This document shows positions 7,905-15,318 of a stretch of 30,549 nucleotides of DNA, in pieces. The position numbers were made by a program, and so were the translations under genes. The notes beneath the pieces are model-generated. The model made no database searches, had not been told where the DNA came from, and saw only the letters and a list, made by a program, of their open reading frames with translations. The DNA is from a virus. Lineage: Duplodnaviria; Caudoviricetes. How positions within the stretch are numbered: the first letter of the stretch is position 1; every line of letters starts with the position of its first letter. The stretch lies in IMG/VR virus record IMGVR_UViG_3300037991_002528, positions 1-30,549 of that record; one strand, 5' to 3'.

Positions 7905-8532
7905 CAGAAGCTGCGCATGTTCCTGATAATTGGTTAATATCTACATCGGCACTATCACCGTTTAATTCAACAGTCATTTCATTTGCTCCATCTTTTTGTA
8001 AAGTATTAATATTGTTTGAAGCTCCGGTTATATCCCAGTTCCAAACTACATCATCACTTTCCCAATCGATGTCAAATACATTTGAACTTCCAATGACAAT
8101 TAAGTCAGCATTTAAACGTTCTGCACTAAAAGCTGAACCTTGGTCTAAGTCAAAAGTATTGCTTGAACCAGTTACGCTAAAGTTTATATCAGAATCGTCT
8201 GAACTGCCTGTGCTACCAATAGTCCAATCTATTTCATTTGAGTCACCAGTAAAGTCCAACTTATAAGTTGAATTATCAGCAGTGACTGGACCAAATAAAA
8301 TATTTGAATTACCAGTAAAATCTAAATCAAACTCAAGTGTTGCACCAGTTATTAACATTGCAGTTGGATTAGATGAGAAGTCATTACCTCCTATCTTGTT
8401 TCCAAATCCTTCTTGGTCAATATATAACTTAAGTGTATCACCAGTTTGAGTGATTATGATTTCGTTATCATCAGTATCAGCGAAAATGGTTGTTGTCGAC
8501 AATAATAAAATTAAACTAATTAGTTTCTTCAT
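7804..8532 (-). CDS. secreted curlin-like repeat (beta-solenoid) protein
   Basis: Signal peptide MKKLISLILLLSTTTIFA; repeated G-x-S-N-x-(F/I)-x units and Q-x-G turns; directly after csgG. Confidence 0.8.
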   Translation of the reverse strand: MKKLISLILLLSTTTIFADTDDNEIIITQTGDTLKLYIDQEGFGNKIGGNDFSSNPTAMLITGATLEFDLDFTGNSNILFGPVTADNSTYKLDFTGDSNEIDWTIGSTGSSDDSDINFSVTGSSNTFDLDQGSAFSAERLNADLIVIGSSNVFDIDWESDDVVWNWDITGASNNINTLQKDGANEMTVELNGDSADVDINQLSGTCAASGGGCATPNAIITLDITSDNSTIQINQKDSANDS

Positions 8533-9496
8533 TTTCGTTATACCCCTCTATTTTCCAAAAGCCACGCCTGTGACCTTGGTATATTAATTCCAACACTCCA
8601 GCTTCAATAGCTGTACGTGTTGCGTATGTCACTGACTCATTATTTCCAATTCCATCCTCGTACTCTACAAGTTCGGTACCTTGTTCGATGAATCTAAATA
8701 CATCTCCACTTTTACCATAACTTAGTACAGTTTTACGAGTCTGTACATTAAGTAAAACTTCTCCAGTAAGAACTGATACAGCTCTCATAGAAACCGTCAC
8801 AACATCTTGACGATATTGTTTTGTTGCTCCAATACCAAGATAACGAGCTCCTCGCCCACCTGACTTGATATTAGTATCATATCCTATTACACCACCTTCA
8901 ATTATCATACCTGCAAAAAGTAGTGAATTTAATTCTTTAAATTTTTCTTCTCCATTCTGTTTAGCAAAATCTTGTCTAGCAGAACGTATTATTTGTCTTT
9001 CTCTTACTAAATGGTCTAATCCATTTCTTTCTACAACTCTAAACCATTTACCTTTACCAGCTGTTTTTAAAGCATCAATAACTAATTCAACTCCACCTTG
9101 TGATACTGCAGTAGAAAAATCTGCTATATTATCTTTTGGTTTTCTTTGACCTGTTTTATCTTGGAATTGATATACAGCAACAACTGGCATTTCTTCAGCT
9201 GGTGGTAAGTCTAATAATTCTATATATGATGGAAGTCTTACTACTTCTGGTTCTTCTACACATAAGAATGGTAAAGCTTTTTCAAAAGAACGACCTACAG
9301 CCTTTGCATAATTTAGCAAATCATGAGGATATTCTTCTCCCCAGAAGTCTGGATTACATTCTTGTGGATACTCTGTAAATCGTGGCGACATTGCGCAGCC
9401 ACTAAGTATTAATAAAAATGCTAGACTAACCGCCGTCAGTCGACCCGTCACCATCAACATCACCTCCAAAATAACCTGAACCAATTGGTATTTCAA
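8516..9496 (-). CDS. csgG: curli secretion channel CsgG (outer-membrane lipoprotein)
   Basis: Lipobox LSGC; VAVYQFQDKTGQRKP, FSTAVSQG, WFRVVERNGLDHLVRERQIIR, SGGRGARYLGIG. Start may be a later Met. Confidence 0.93.
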   Translation of the reverse strand: MKYQLVQVILEVMLMVTGRLTAVSLAFLLILSGCAMSPRFTEYPQECNPDFWGEEYPHDLLNYAKAVGRSFEKALPFLCVEEPEVVRLPSYIELLDLPPAEEMPVVAVYQFQDKTGQRKPKDNIADFSTAVSQGGVELVIDALKTAGKGKWFRVVERNGLDHLVRERQIIRSARQDFAKQNGEEKFKELNSLLFAGMIIEGGVIGYDTNIKSGGRGARYLGIGATKQYRQDVVTVSMRAVSVLTGEVLLNVQTRKTVLSYGKSGDVFRFIEQGTELVEYEDGIGNNESVTYATRTAIEAGVLELIYQGHRRGFWKIEGYNENEETN

Positions 9497-9968
9497 TTAT
9501 GGTAGATGTTCCATTCTCATCGACTATAGTCATCCTAATAAATTCTGAACCATCTTCATTTGTTATAACTTCATAGGTCACAGTTGAACCTTCTAAAACA
9601 AATGAACCAAATCGTACAGGGTTATCGTTAGAAAACATACTCTCAACTAATTGTTTAGCCATTTGAGCGTATATTCTCGATTCTAGATTTCTAATAAATT
9701 TAGCTAAGGTTGTGTTATCCTCAGCTCTTTCAGCAGCTTTACGTGCCGATTCTAAAGCTTCTTCGATAGCTTTTTTTCTTGAGAATTCTTGGTTTTCAAT
9801 AGTCAAATAGTGAGCGCCTGTTCCTTGGCCACTAAATGACGGATTTTTAAACTGGTGAACTATTTCTTGAGCATCAATATTAGGAGATACTGCAGCTATA
9901 GAAAGCATGAATATGCCTACTAAAAATCCTAATTCAATCTTTTCTTTCATTCTTTCTCTTCTTTTCAT
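9426..9968 (-). CDS. csgF: curli assembly protein CsgF
   Basis: Signal peptide then IVHQFKNPSFSG; FIRNLESRIYAQ; C-terminal IEIP; upstream of csgG. Probable start 9950. Confidence 0.88.
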   Translation of the reverse strand: MKRRERMKEKIELGFLVGIFMLSIAAVSPNIDAQEIVHQFKNPSFSGQGTGAHYLTIENQEFSRKKAIEEALESARKAAERAEDNTTLAKFIRNLESRIYAQMAKQLVESMFSNDNPVRFGSFVLEGSTVTYEVITNEDGSEFIRMTIVDENGTSTIIEIPIGSGYFGGDVDGDGSTDGG

Positions 9969-10212
9969 TTTCTTTCATCTCCAATATTACATCTACTTTT
10001 TGTTGTAGTCTAATTAAATCTTGGTCCAACATTCTCATTTGGTCAATAACTCTTATTAGTTGAAAGTGCATTTTTTCTGTTGCTGGTTCTATTTCTTCAC
10101 TTATGAAATTCCAAACAAAGTATACAAAATATGCCAATCCCACTACCATAACCACTGGGAATCCATAATCTTGTATGAGGCTCACTACCCCAACTGCTTC
10201 TTCTACTTCCAT
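9934..10212 (-). CDS. small membrane protein (TM + coiled coil)
   Basis: IQDYGFP, then TM helix and heptad tail. Confidence 0.8.
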   Translation of the reverse strand: MEVEEAVGVVSLIQDYGFPVVMVVGLAYFVYFVWNFISEEIEPATEKMHFQLIRVIDQMRMLDQDLIRLQQKVDVILEMKENEKKRKNERKD

Positions 10213-10213
10213 A

Positions 10214-10510
10214 CTAATCTCTTCTTACGTCAAGTTTGCCATCTTCAACGAAATTTTCTGCTCTTGCTATTCGTTCTATATCTGGTCTTAATTCTAATGC
10301 GCTACTTACGAGTAAATCTATCTTGACCATTTCATTACTCATTGTTCTTGCTCTATTTTCTAAGCTTTCTGTAAACATAGTAAGCGTCTTTATATCATCT
10401 ACAACACCTTCCATTATTTGTTTGATGATAATAAAAATAAAAGCTCCCATTGCTAATGCACCGGCTATAGGTAAGCCGACATCACCAATGATTGCAAATA
10501 CTTCTTCCAT
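10214..10510 (-). CDS. small membrane protein (TM + coiled coil)
   Basis: IGDVGLP, then TM helix and heptad tail; similar layout to downstream neighbour. Confidence 0.8.
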   Translation of the reverse strand: MEEVFAIIGDVGLPIAGALAMGAFIFIIIKQIMEGVVDDIKTLTMFTESLENRARTMSNEMVKIDLLVSSALELRPDIERIARAENFVEDGKLDVRRD

Positions 10511-10511
10511 A

Positions 10512-10763
10512 TTACCAGGTTGAAGCTACTTTAACTGCTAGTGAAGTATTTGCTCCTGTAAGAGTATCAGTTGATGTTTTCTTAACCAATTCTACTGAAC
10601 CGGCTGTCATTGTAAATGTACCAATTGTAGTACCACCAGCATTTTTTAATGTAATAAGCTGAGTAGATGTTTTATTGTTTACAACTCTCACAAGTGTAGC
10701 GAAACCAACGTTAGTAGCTGATGCTAAATTAGTTTCTGTACCTTTTAATTTGACTGCTGCCAT
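10512..10763 (-). CDS. small beta-rich late protein, possibly structural
   Basis: 83 aa T/A/V-rich; GAGGA SD; first gene after TATAAATA. Confidence 0.75.
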   Translation of the reverse strand: MAAVKLKGTETNLASATNVGFATLVRVVNNKTSTQLITLKNAGGTTIGTFTMTAGSVELVKKTSTDTLTGANTSLAVKVASTW

Positions 10764-10798
10764 TATTATATCCTCTAATTATATTTATTGTACACTGT

Positions 10799-10806
10799 TA
10801 TTTATA
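10799..10806 (-). promoter_or_regulatory. T4-type late promoter heading the curli/cyclase cassette
   Basis: Intergenic TATAAATA just downstream of a terminator. Confidence 0.75.
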
Positions 10807-10827
10807 ACAGTTCGAATGCTAAAACAC

Positions 10828-10860
10828 AAAAAAAGGGAGCATAAAGCTCCCAATTTTTTT
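10828..10860 (-). terminator. rho-independent terminator, possibly bidirectional
   Basis: GGGAGC-5 nt-GCTCCC hairpin with T tracts on both strands. Confidence 0.85.
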
Positions 10861-10868
10861 ACAAAAGA

Positions 10869-11096
10869 CTACTTTTTATTTTTTGAGCCTTTTGGTCTGC
10901 CTCTTTTTTTAGCAGCAGGTTTTTTTCTTGGCTTACGCTTAGGTGTTTTACCATCAGCATACGCTTCGTTAACATCTGGCGTCGACTTATCGTCTTTTAC
11001 ATATTGACCCTTAGCGTTTCTAGCTCTTACACCAGTAGGCTCAGAGTTTTCATAATATGCATTTCCAGTAAATAGTTTTCTTAACCAACCAAACAT
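10869..11096 (-). CDS. small basic protein with AT-hook-like tail
   Basis: KKRGRPKGSKNKK C-terminus; GGAGG SD. Confidence 0.8.
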   Translation of the reverse strand: MFGWLRKLFTGNAYYENSEPTGVRARNAKGQYVKDDKSTPDVNEAYADGKTPKRKPRKKPAAKKRGRPKGSKNKK

Positions 11097-11108
11097 ATTT
11101 CCTCCATT

Positions 11109-11294
11109 TTATATTTCAACTATATTCATTTCAGATAGTGGCGTAAGCCAATCATTATATCTAAAATACCCTTGCTTCTCATAGCTCCAATACCAACCTT
11201 TGTGTTCTTGTGGTTCATCGCTATGATAATACCTCATACCTCCTCGAGTCTCGACATAAGTCTTTCGGCTCGGTTCGTTACTTGCTTGTACCAT
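11109..11294 (-). CDS. hypothetical aromatic-rich small protein
   Basis: Likely starts at the internal Met (MRYYHS), which has a GGAGG SD and overlaps the lysozyme stop. Confidence 0.6.
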   Translation of the reverse strand: MVQASNEPSRKTYVETRGGMRYYHSDEPQEHKGWYWSYEKQGYFRYNDWLTPLSEMNIVEI

Positions 11295-11674
11295 CGTGAA
11301 TCTCTGCCTTCTACAGCAGCCTCCTTCCAGTCACCACACTGCAGCGCTGCGTTGTGGCGTTTAAACTTGCTCAAGCGCGTGAGTCCCATATTAAACATCA
11401 TGTTTGCGACAATTTGTTTTACCTCTTGTGGATAACCGTCCCAACCATCATGCAATTTTTTACAGTCTTCTATTACTGTTTCTACATCTTTTTCAAAGCA
11501 TTCATTAACTCTGTCCTCTGAGACAGGAGTACCGACCGGTAGCCCATGTTCTGGTTCTCCGTCAAGAACAAGGTGACCAATCCCAAATGTTGGATAACCA
11601 AGATGGTCATTATATATCTCATATACTACTCCTTCGTCAATTTTCAATGTTTCTTTTAATTGTTCAATGTCCAA
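11234..11674 (-). CDS. endolysin, T4-lysozyme/GH24 family
   Basis: LKIDEG..IYNDHLGYPTFGIGHL (E/D/T triad), NMMFNMG, DSRWYKQVTNRAERL. TTG start at 11674 chosen for its GGAGG SD (track start 11713). Confidence 0.93.
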   Translation of the reverse strand: MDIEQLKETLKIDEGVVYEIYNDHLGYPTFGIGHLVLDGEPEHGLPVGTPVSEDRVNECFEKDVETVIEDCKKLHDGWDGYPQEVKQIVANMMFNMGLTRLSKFKRHNAALQCGDWKEAAVEGRDSRWYKQVTNRAERLMSRLEEV

Positions 11675-11715
11675 TTTTATTTCCTCCTGGTCTTTCATAA
11701 ACCATATAGCCATAT

Positions 11716-11723
11716 TATTTATA
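11716..11723 (-). promoter_or_regulatory. T4-type late promoter for lysozyme
   Basis: TATAAATA about 40 nt upstream of the proposed TTG. Confidence 0.65.
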
Positions 11724-12408
11724 CCTCCAATAATTTAAATTCTTCGCATTTTATGCATTTACCACAATTGTTATAGTAAAAACAACTTTGAACTAGTTCT
11801 TTTAAATCATCTCTTAGATAATCCCATTGCTGTTTTTTAGTCCAACCTATAAGTGGTGCTGATATAGTTTGTTTTATCGACCAATCAGTATGTGCTTTAT
11901 ATGAACCATCAAAATATTTTGATTCAGCATCATGATATCCATCTACTTTCCTTGGTATATTTTGTAAAGCTTCAAATATATTTTGAACTTGATATTTTGT
12001 AGGGTCTACTATAGAACAATCTCCTAATCCATCATTAAATTCTAACATACCACTATTTGCTCCCCAATAAAAGTTTTTTATTTTACTATATCTTAAGGAA
12101 GCATTACACATTGCTAATACCCAATGTCTTGTAGAATAAAAATATTGTTCACTTGTATATCCTTTATCATAATCTTGATGTGTATGTATTGCTAATTGCA
12201 CATCTAGTTTTTTACATATTTTTTCTAAATGACTAGGTACTGTAGCAGCTTGTATTCTATGTTTATGTAATGGATAATAACTATATAATGCAATTGGTTT
12301 TATATTATTATCTTTTAAATATTGTAATAATGCTGTAGATTCTATACCACCTGAAAATGATACAATACAATCTATATCATATATACCTTCTAATGGTGTA
12401 GGCAACAT
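11719..12408 (-). CDS. QueC-like PP-loop ATPase
   Basis: VSFSGGIES PP-loop; APL..WTK; C-terminal SC-x5-CGKCIKC zinc site. Confidence 0.75.
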   Translation of the reverse strand: MLPTPLEGIYDIDCIVSFSGGIESTALLQYLKDNNIKPIALYSYYPLHKHRIQAATVPSHLEKICKKLDVQLAIHTHQDYDKGYTSEQYFYSTRHWVLAMCNASLRYSKIKNFYWGANSGMLEFNDGLGDCSIVDPTKYQVQNIFEALQNIPRKVDGYHDAESKYFDGSYKAHTDWSIKQTISAPLIGWTKKQQWDYLRDDLKELVQSCFYYNNCGKCIKCEEFKLLEV

Positions 12409-12414
12409 AATATA

Positions 12415-13092
12415 TTATTCACCACCACTACCTTCATTTTCTGCATCTATTTCATAAGTAAAGCTATACGTATATGTAGTGTCTCCACTCTTTTCAAAAA
12501 TTAATGAACCTGACCCATGATTAACAGTTTGTGCCCCGTCTTCAGCACTACCACCAGAGACTCCTGATAATTGAAATTCTCGTGCACTGCCTGAAGTTGG
12601 TATTGAAATTGCTGATGAAGTTATGTCTCCACTTTGAGTAATAGGGTCGCTATGTCCTTCAGTTCCATCACTAATAGTTCCATGTTTTACTGTATAACCA
12701 GATGGAGCATTAGTAATACTAAAAACAGTACTGACTGTATTTGGTGATGAAGTTTCATCATCTCCATCTACACTAACTTGCACTCTTATAAGACTGCCCA
12801 CATATATTACACTAAAAGTAAATCCGGCGGTGACAGACGAATCAGATGAAAATGAGTTTGCAGTTATAGAACTAATATTAGTTGTTGCAAAAGTATTAGC
12901 TGCTCCATAAAAATCACTTAACTTTATTGTACCATTTGCTGGTACTCCTGTAGCACCTGATGGTACATTTGCTCCACCTCTGTAATATTCACTTAATGCG
13001 TGAGGTGCAGTACCGCCAAATTCTCCTGTAATACTTCTATCTGTTCCTGCAGCTGTATGTATTGATATTGTTCCCGAACTTACTATTGCCAT
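12415..13092 (-). CDS. virion fibre/tail-associated protein
   Basis: G/S/T-rich; N-terminal EFGG..LSEYYRGG..GTIKLSDFYG module recalled from marine phage fibre proteins. Confidence 0.65.
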   Translation of the reverse strand: MAIVSSGTISIHTAAGTDRSITGEFGGTAPHALSEYYRGGANVPSGATGVPANGTIKLSDFYGAANTFATTNISSITANSFSSDSSVTAGFTFSVIYVGSLIRVQVSVDGDDETSSPNTVSTVFSITNAPSGYTVKHGTISDGTEGHSDPITQSGDITSSAISIPTSGSAREFQLSGVSGGSAEDGAQTVNHGSGSLIFEKSGDTTYTYSFTYEIDAENEGSGGE

Positions 13093-13358
13093 TATTTAAC
13101 TATCTCCGCAATTAAGTCCTCAAATTGTTCTACTTTTTCTGTTCTCTTAGGCCAATAAATATAATCCTTTTCTGGATTTGCTTTTAAATTACTTAATAAT
13201 GGTAATATAGAATTATATAATTTATTTAATTTATCTTCTAGCTCTTCTGCTTTGCCTGAAGTTGTTTCTAATTTTTGACTTTGTTTCTGTACGACTTCCA
13301 ATTCATCTTCGTCTACAGCCGTAAACCCAAAATCAAATTTATCTAAATCTATACTCAT
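13092..13358 (-). CDS. conserved T4-like hypothetical protein
   Basis: FDFGFTAVDEDEL..NPEKDYIYWP; TAATG-coupled to fibre gene. Confidence 0.8.
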   Translation of the reverse strand: MSIDLDKFDFGFTAVDEDELEVVQKQSQKLETTSGKAEELEDKLNKLYNSILPLLSNLKANPEKDYIYWPKRTEKVEQFEDLIAEIVK

Positions 13359-13360
13359 GG

Positions 13361-13549
13361 TTATTCCTCTATCTTATTCTTATATTTATAATCTCTAGGC
13401 TTTAGTTTGGTCTTGTCAGTGTGAATTTTTGTAGCACCATGTTTAGGAGTTTTTTTACGAGCAAAGATAGAATCCCAATTTTCTTCGAATTGTTTTTGAT
13501 TTGTTATAGGTCTAGGTTTACTACCTTTGCCTCCATGCCATTTAGTCAT
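13361..13549 (-). CDS. small basic hypothetical protein
   Basis: WHGGKGSKPRP..FEENWDSIF pattern. Confidence 0.75.
   Translation of the reverse strand: MTKWHGGKGSKPRPITNQKQFEENWDSIFARKKTPKHGATKIHTDKTKLKPRDYKYKNKIEE
13383..13390 (-). promoter_or_regulatory. T4-type late promoter
   Basis: TATAAATA about 25 nt upstream of the ATG at 13358. Confidence 0.55.
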
Positions 13550-13667
13550 TAAATAACGGTGGTTGAAAAATTAAATAGATATATATTGCACCGATCAATA
13601 AACCTATTCCTAACAATGTAGAGACAACTCTTTGTCTGATAATTCTTTTCTCTCTTGCAGTTCGCAT
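13542..13667 (-). CDS. small single-TM membrane protein (41 aa)
   Basis: Not in track. MRTAREKRIIRQRVVSTLLGIGLLIGAIYIYLIFQPPLFND; TAATG coupling; fills gap. Confidence 0.7.
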   Translation of the reverse strand: MRTAREKRIIRQRVVSTLLGIGLLIGAIYIYLIFQPPLFND

Positions 13668-14050
13668 TAAGCTTCTCTATCTAAATCCCATCTAACTCTT
13701 TTTTCATAATTAGATCGTGATAATCTTTTATCCATAGCTTCTATGTCTTGTTGTAATCTAAAATCTTTATACCACTTAGCACCATTCTTTTCTGCTTCTG
13801 CAAATATAGCATTTGTAATAAATAATGGTATCAATACACCTAAGTGAATAAAGATAGATTGTGTTATACTGTAATTAACCCATTCTAAATATGTCCAAGC
13901 TAATACACCAAAATATCCACTCCACATTATAAACAAAGCTAAATATATATACATTTGAATTGAAGGGTCCTTAACATGTCTAAGAGGATTATATCTCATA
14001 TCCATAACAAGTCTCCAACAATCAATCACCCAAAATAATAATCTTTTCAT
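13667..14050 (-). CDS. two-TM membrane protein
   Basis: 127 aa with two hydrophobic helices; YNPLRH..DPS. Confidence 0.8.
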   Translation of the reverse strand: MKRLLFWVIDCWRLVMDMRYNPLRHVKDPSIQMYIYLALFIMWSGYFGVLAWTYLEWVNYSITQSIFIHLGVLIPLFITNAIFAEAEKNGAKWYKDFRLQQDIEAMDKRLSRSNYEKRVRWDLDREA

Positions 14051-14187
14051 CTTCCTTGACCTCGATATTTTTTAAAAGACCGGCGTTTATTTTTATTCAT
14101 CGTAGATGTGTCCGGCCTACGTCCTTGGCTTGTACCTTTTTTAACTCCCACGTGCTGTTGAGAATATGCACCAAATGCTTTAGCCAA
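14047..14187 (-). CDS. small basic protein (46 aa)
   Basis: Not in track. TTG start with GGAGG SD; ends MNKNKRRSFKKYRGQGR; ATGA overlap with the next gene. Confidence 0.78.
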   Translation of the reverse strand: MAKAFGAYSQQHVGVKKGTSQGRRPDTSTMNKNKRRSFKKYRGQGR

Positions 14188-14374
14188 AGACTACACCTCC
14201 ACGTTTAACTAATTCTATTTTAATTTTTCTTTTGTCTTTCTTTCTTGTCATGTGATTATTATATTTTTCTATAAGATCAGGTGTACTATAAGATTTTATA
14301 TAGTCATGTTCTATCGTTGCTACCTTAGTAACACGATCTATTCTCTTTACGCTTTTTCCTAATTTAACTGGCAT
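14180..14374 (-). CDS. small basic hypothetical protein
   Basis: 64 aa, GGAG SD. Confidence 0.75.
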   Translation of the reverse strand: MPVKLGKSVKRIDRVTKVATIEHDYIKSYSTPDLIEKYNNHMTRKKDKRKIKIELVKRGGVVFG

Positions 14375-14456
14375 TCAATCTCCCTGTTCTTATGAGCCAC
14401 CACCTGAAGTATTTATGACCTTCGCCATAGGCTGCACTTCTCATAATATTATACAT
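14364..14456 (-). CDS. possible 30 aa microprotein
   Basis: Not in track. MYNIMRSAAYGEGHKYFRWWLIRTGRLNAS; TAATG-coupled and gap-filling. Confidence 0.5.
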   Translation of the reverse strand: MYNIMRSAAYGEGHKYFRWWLIRTGRLNAS

Positions 14457-15064
14457 TAATCTTTAATTCTTTTTATACTTCCTTTCAAGTCTGCTTGATA
14501 AGCTTGAAAATCTACATTTGGAAAATCTCTTTTTAAGTCTAATAAGGCTTTTAAATTTTCCATGTGATCGTCAAATAATCTAATTCTAGCATAATCACCG
14601 GTCTCTAAGTATTTTCTAAATATTACTTGTTTAGCTCCGGCACTAGATTTATTTGACATATTTCCAGCTCTCTCAACATAAACATCTTTCATAGGTATAC
14701 CATGAGCTTCAAAAGTCTTAATGAATAAATCTTTATTATCCATATCAGCTCTTGCAGTCACAATGATAACCTTTGAACCTTTGGCTGTAGCATTCTTAAT
14801 AATTGCTTTAGCCTTTTCAACCATTCGTGCTATTGGCGTTGCCGTTTTGAAGAAAACTTTTGCAGATTTAAATTCACGATAATCAAATTCTTCATCTTTC
14901 TGCAACTTATAGTTGTTATACTCTTGAGGTGATATTTCTTTCACCTTTCCAGTATTTTTATTTTTTACTAATATATTGGCTTTAGTTTTAAACATGGTAT
15001 CGTCTATATCGAATATAGTCAATCCCTTATTGCCTTCGTATATGTATTCTTTAAAACTTTCCAT
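14456..15064 (-). CDS. HAD-superfamily hydrolase
   Basis: IFDIDDT, IIVTAR, LFDD motifs. Start moved to MESFKEY because the track start lies inside the promoter. Confidence 0.85.
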   Translation of the reverse strand: MESFKEYIYEGNKGLTIFDIDDTMFKTKANILVKNKNTGKVKEISPQEYNNYKLQKDEEFDYREFKSAKVFFKTATPIARMVEKAKAIIKNATAKGSKVIIVTARADMDNKDLFIKTFEAHGIPMKDVYVERAGNMSNKSSAGAKQVIFRKYLETGDYARIRLFDDHMENLKALLDLKRDFPNVDFQAYQADLKGSIKRIKD

Positions 15065-15070
15065 AGGTAT

Positions 15071-15111
15071 ATTATAACACATTTATGTGTTAATGTAAAT
15101 ATCTATTTATA
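15071..15111 (-). promoter_or_regulatory. tandem late (TATAAATA 15104-15111) and early (TTTACA-17-TATAAT 15071-15099) promoters
   Basis: Both motifs are exact and intergenic. Confidence 0.75.
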
Positions 15112-15119
15112 AGTTTTTT

Positions 15120-15317
15120 TTATTTAAAATGTTTTTTTATTGCTTCAATCTTATCTTCAGCTTCAGCGATCTTCGCAATTTCTAATTCCATGGTTTCTAC
15201 TATATCGACATGCTCACCGATACCAGCAGCATTTCTTGTATAAACCATCACATTAGCTTTTGCAACTTCAATCTGACCTTCTAATTTTTTAATTAAAGCT
15301 TGTAATAAATGACTCAT
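15120..15317 (-). CDS. conserved helical-hairpin hypothetical protein
   Basis: AKANV..GIGEH.DIVE pattern. Confidence 0.8.
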   Translation of the reverse strand: MSHLLQALIKKLEGQIEVAKANVMVYTRNAAGIGEHVDIVETMELEIAKIAEAEDKIEAIKKHFK

Positions 15318-15318
15318 A

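Noticed and set aside
6705-10212. All longer gene overlaps in the csg cluster are in the +1 frame
   Set aside because: Long same-strand overlaps are generally biased to this phase and track starts may be over-extended; not evidence of frameshifting.
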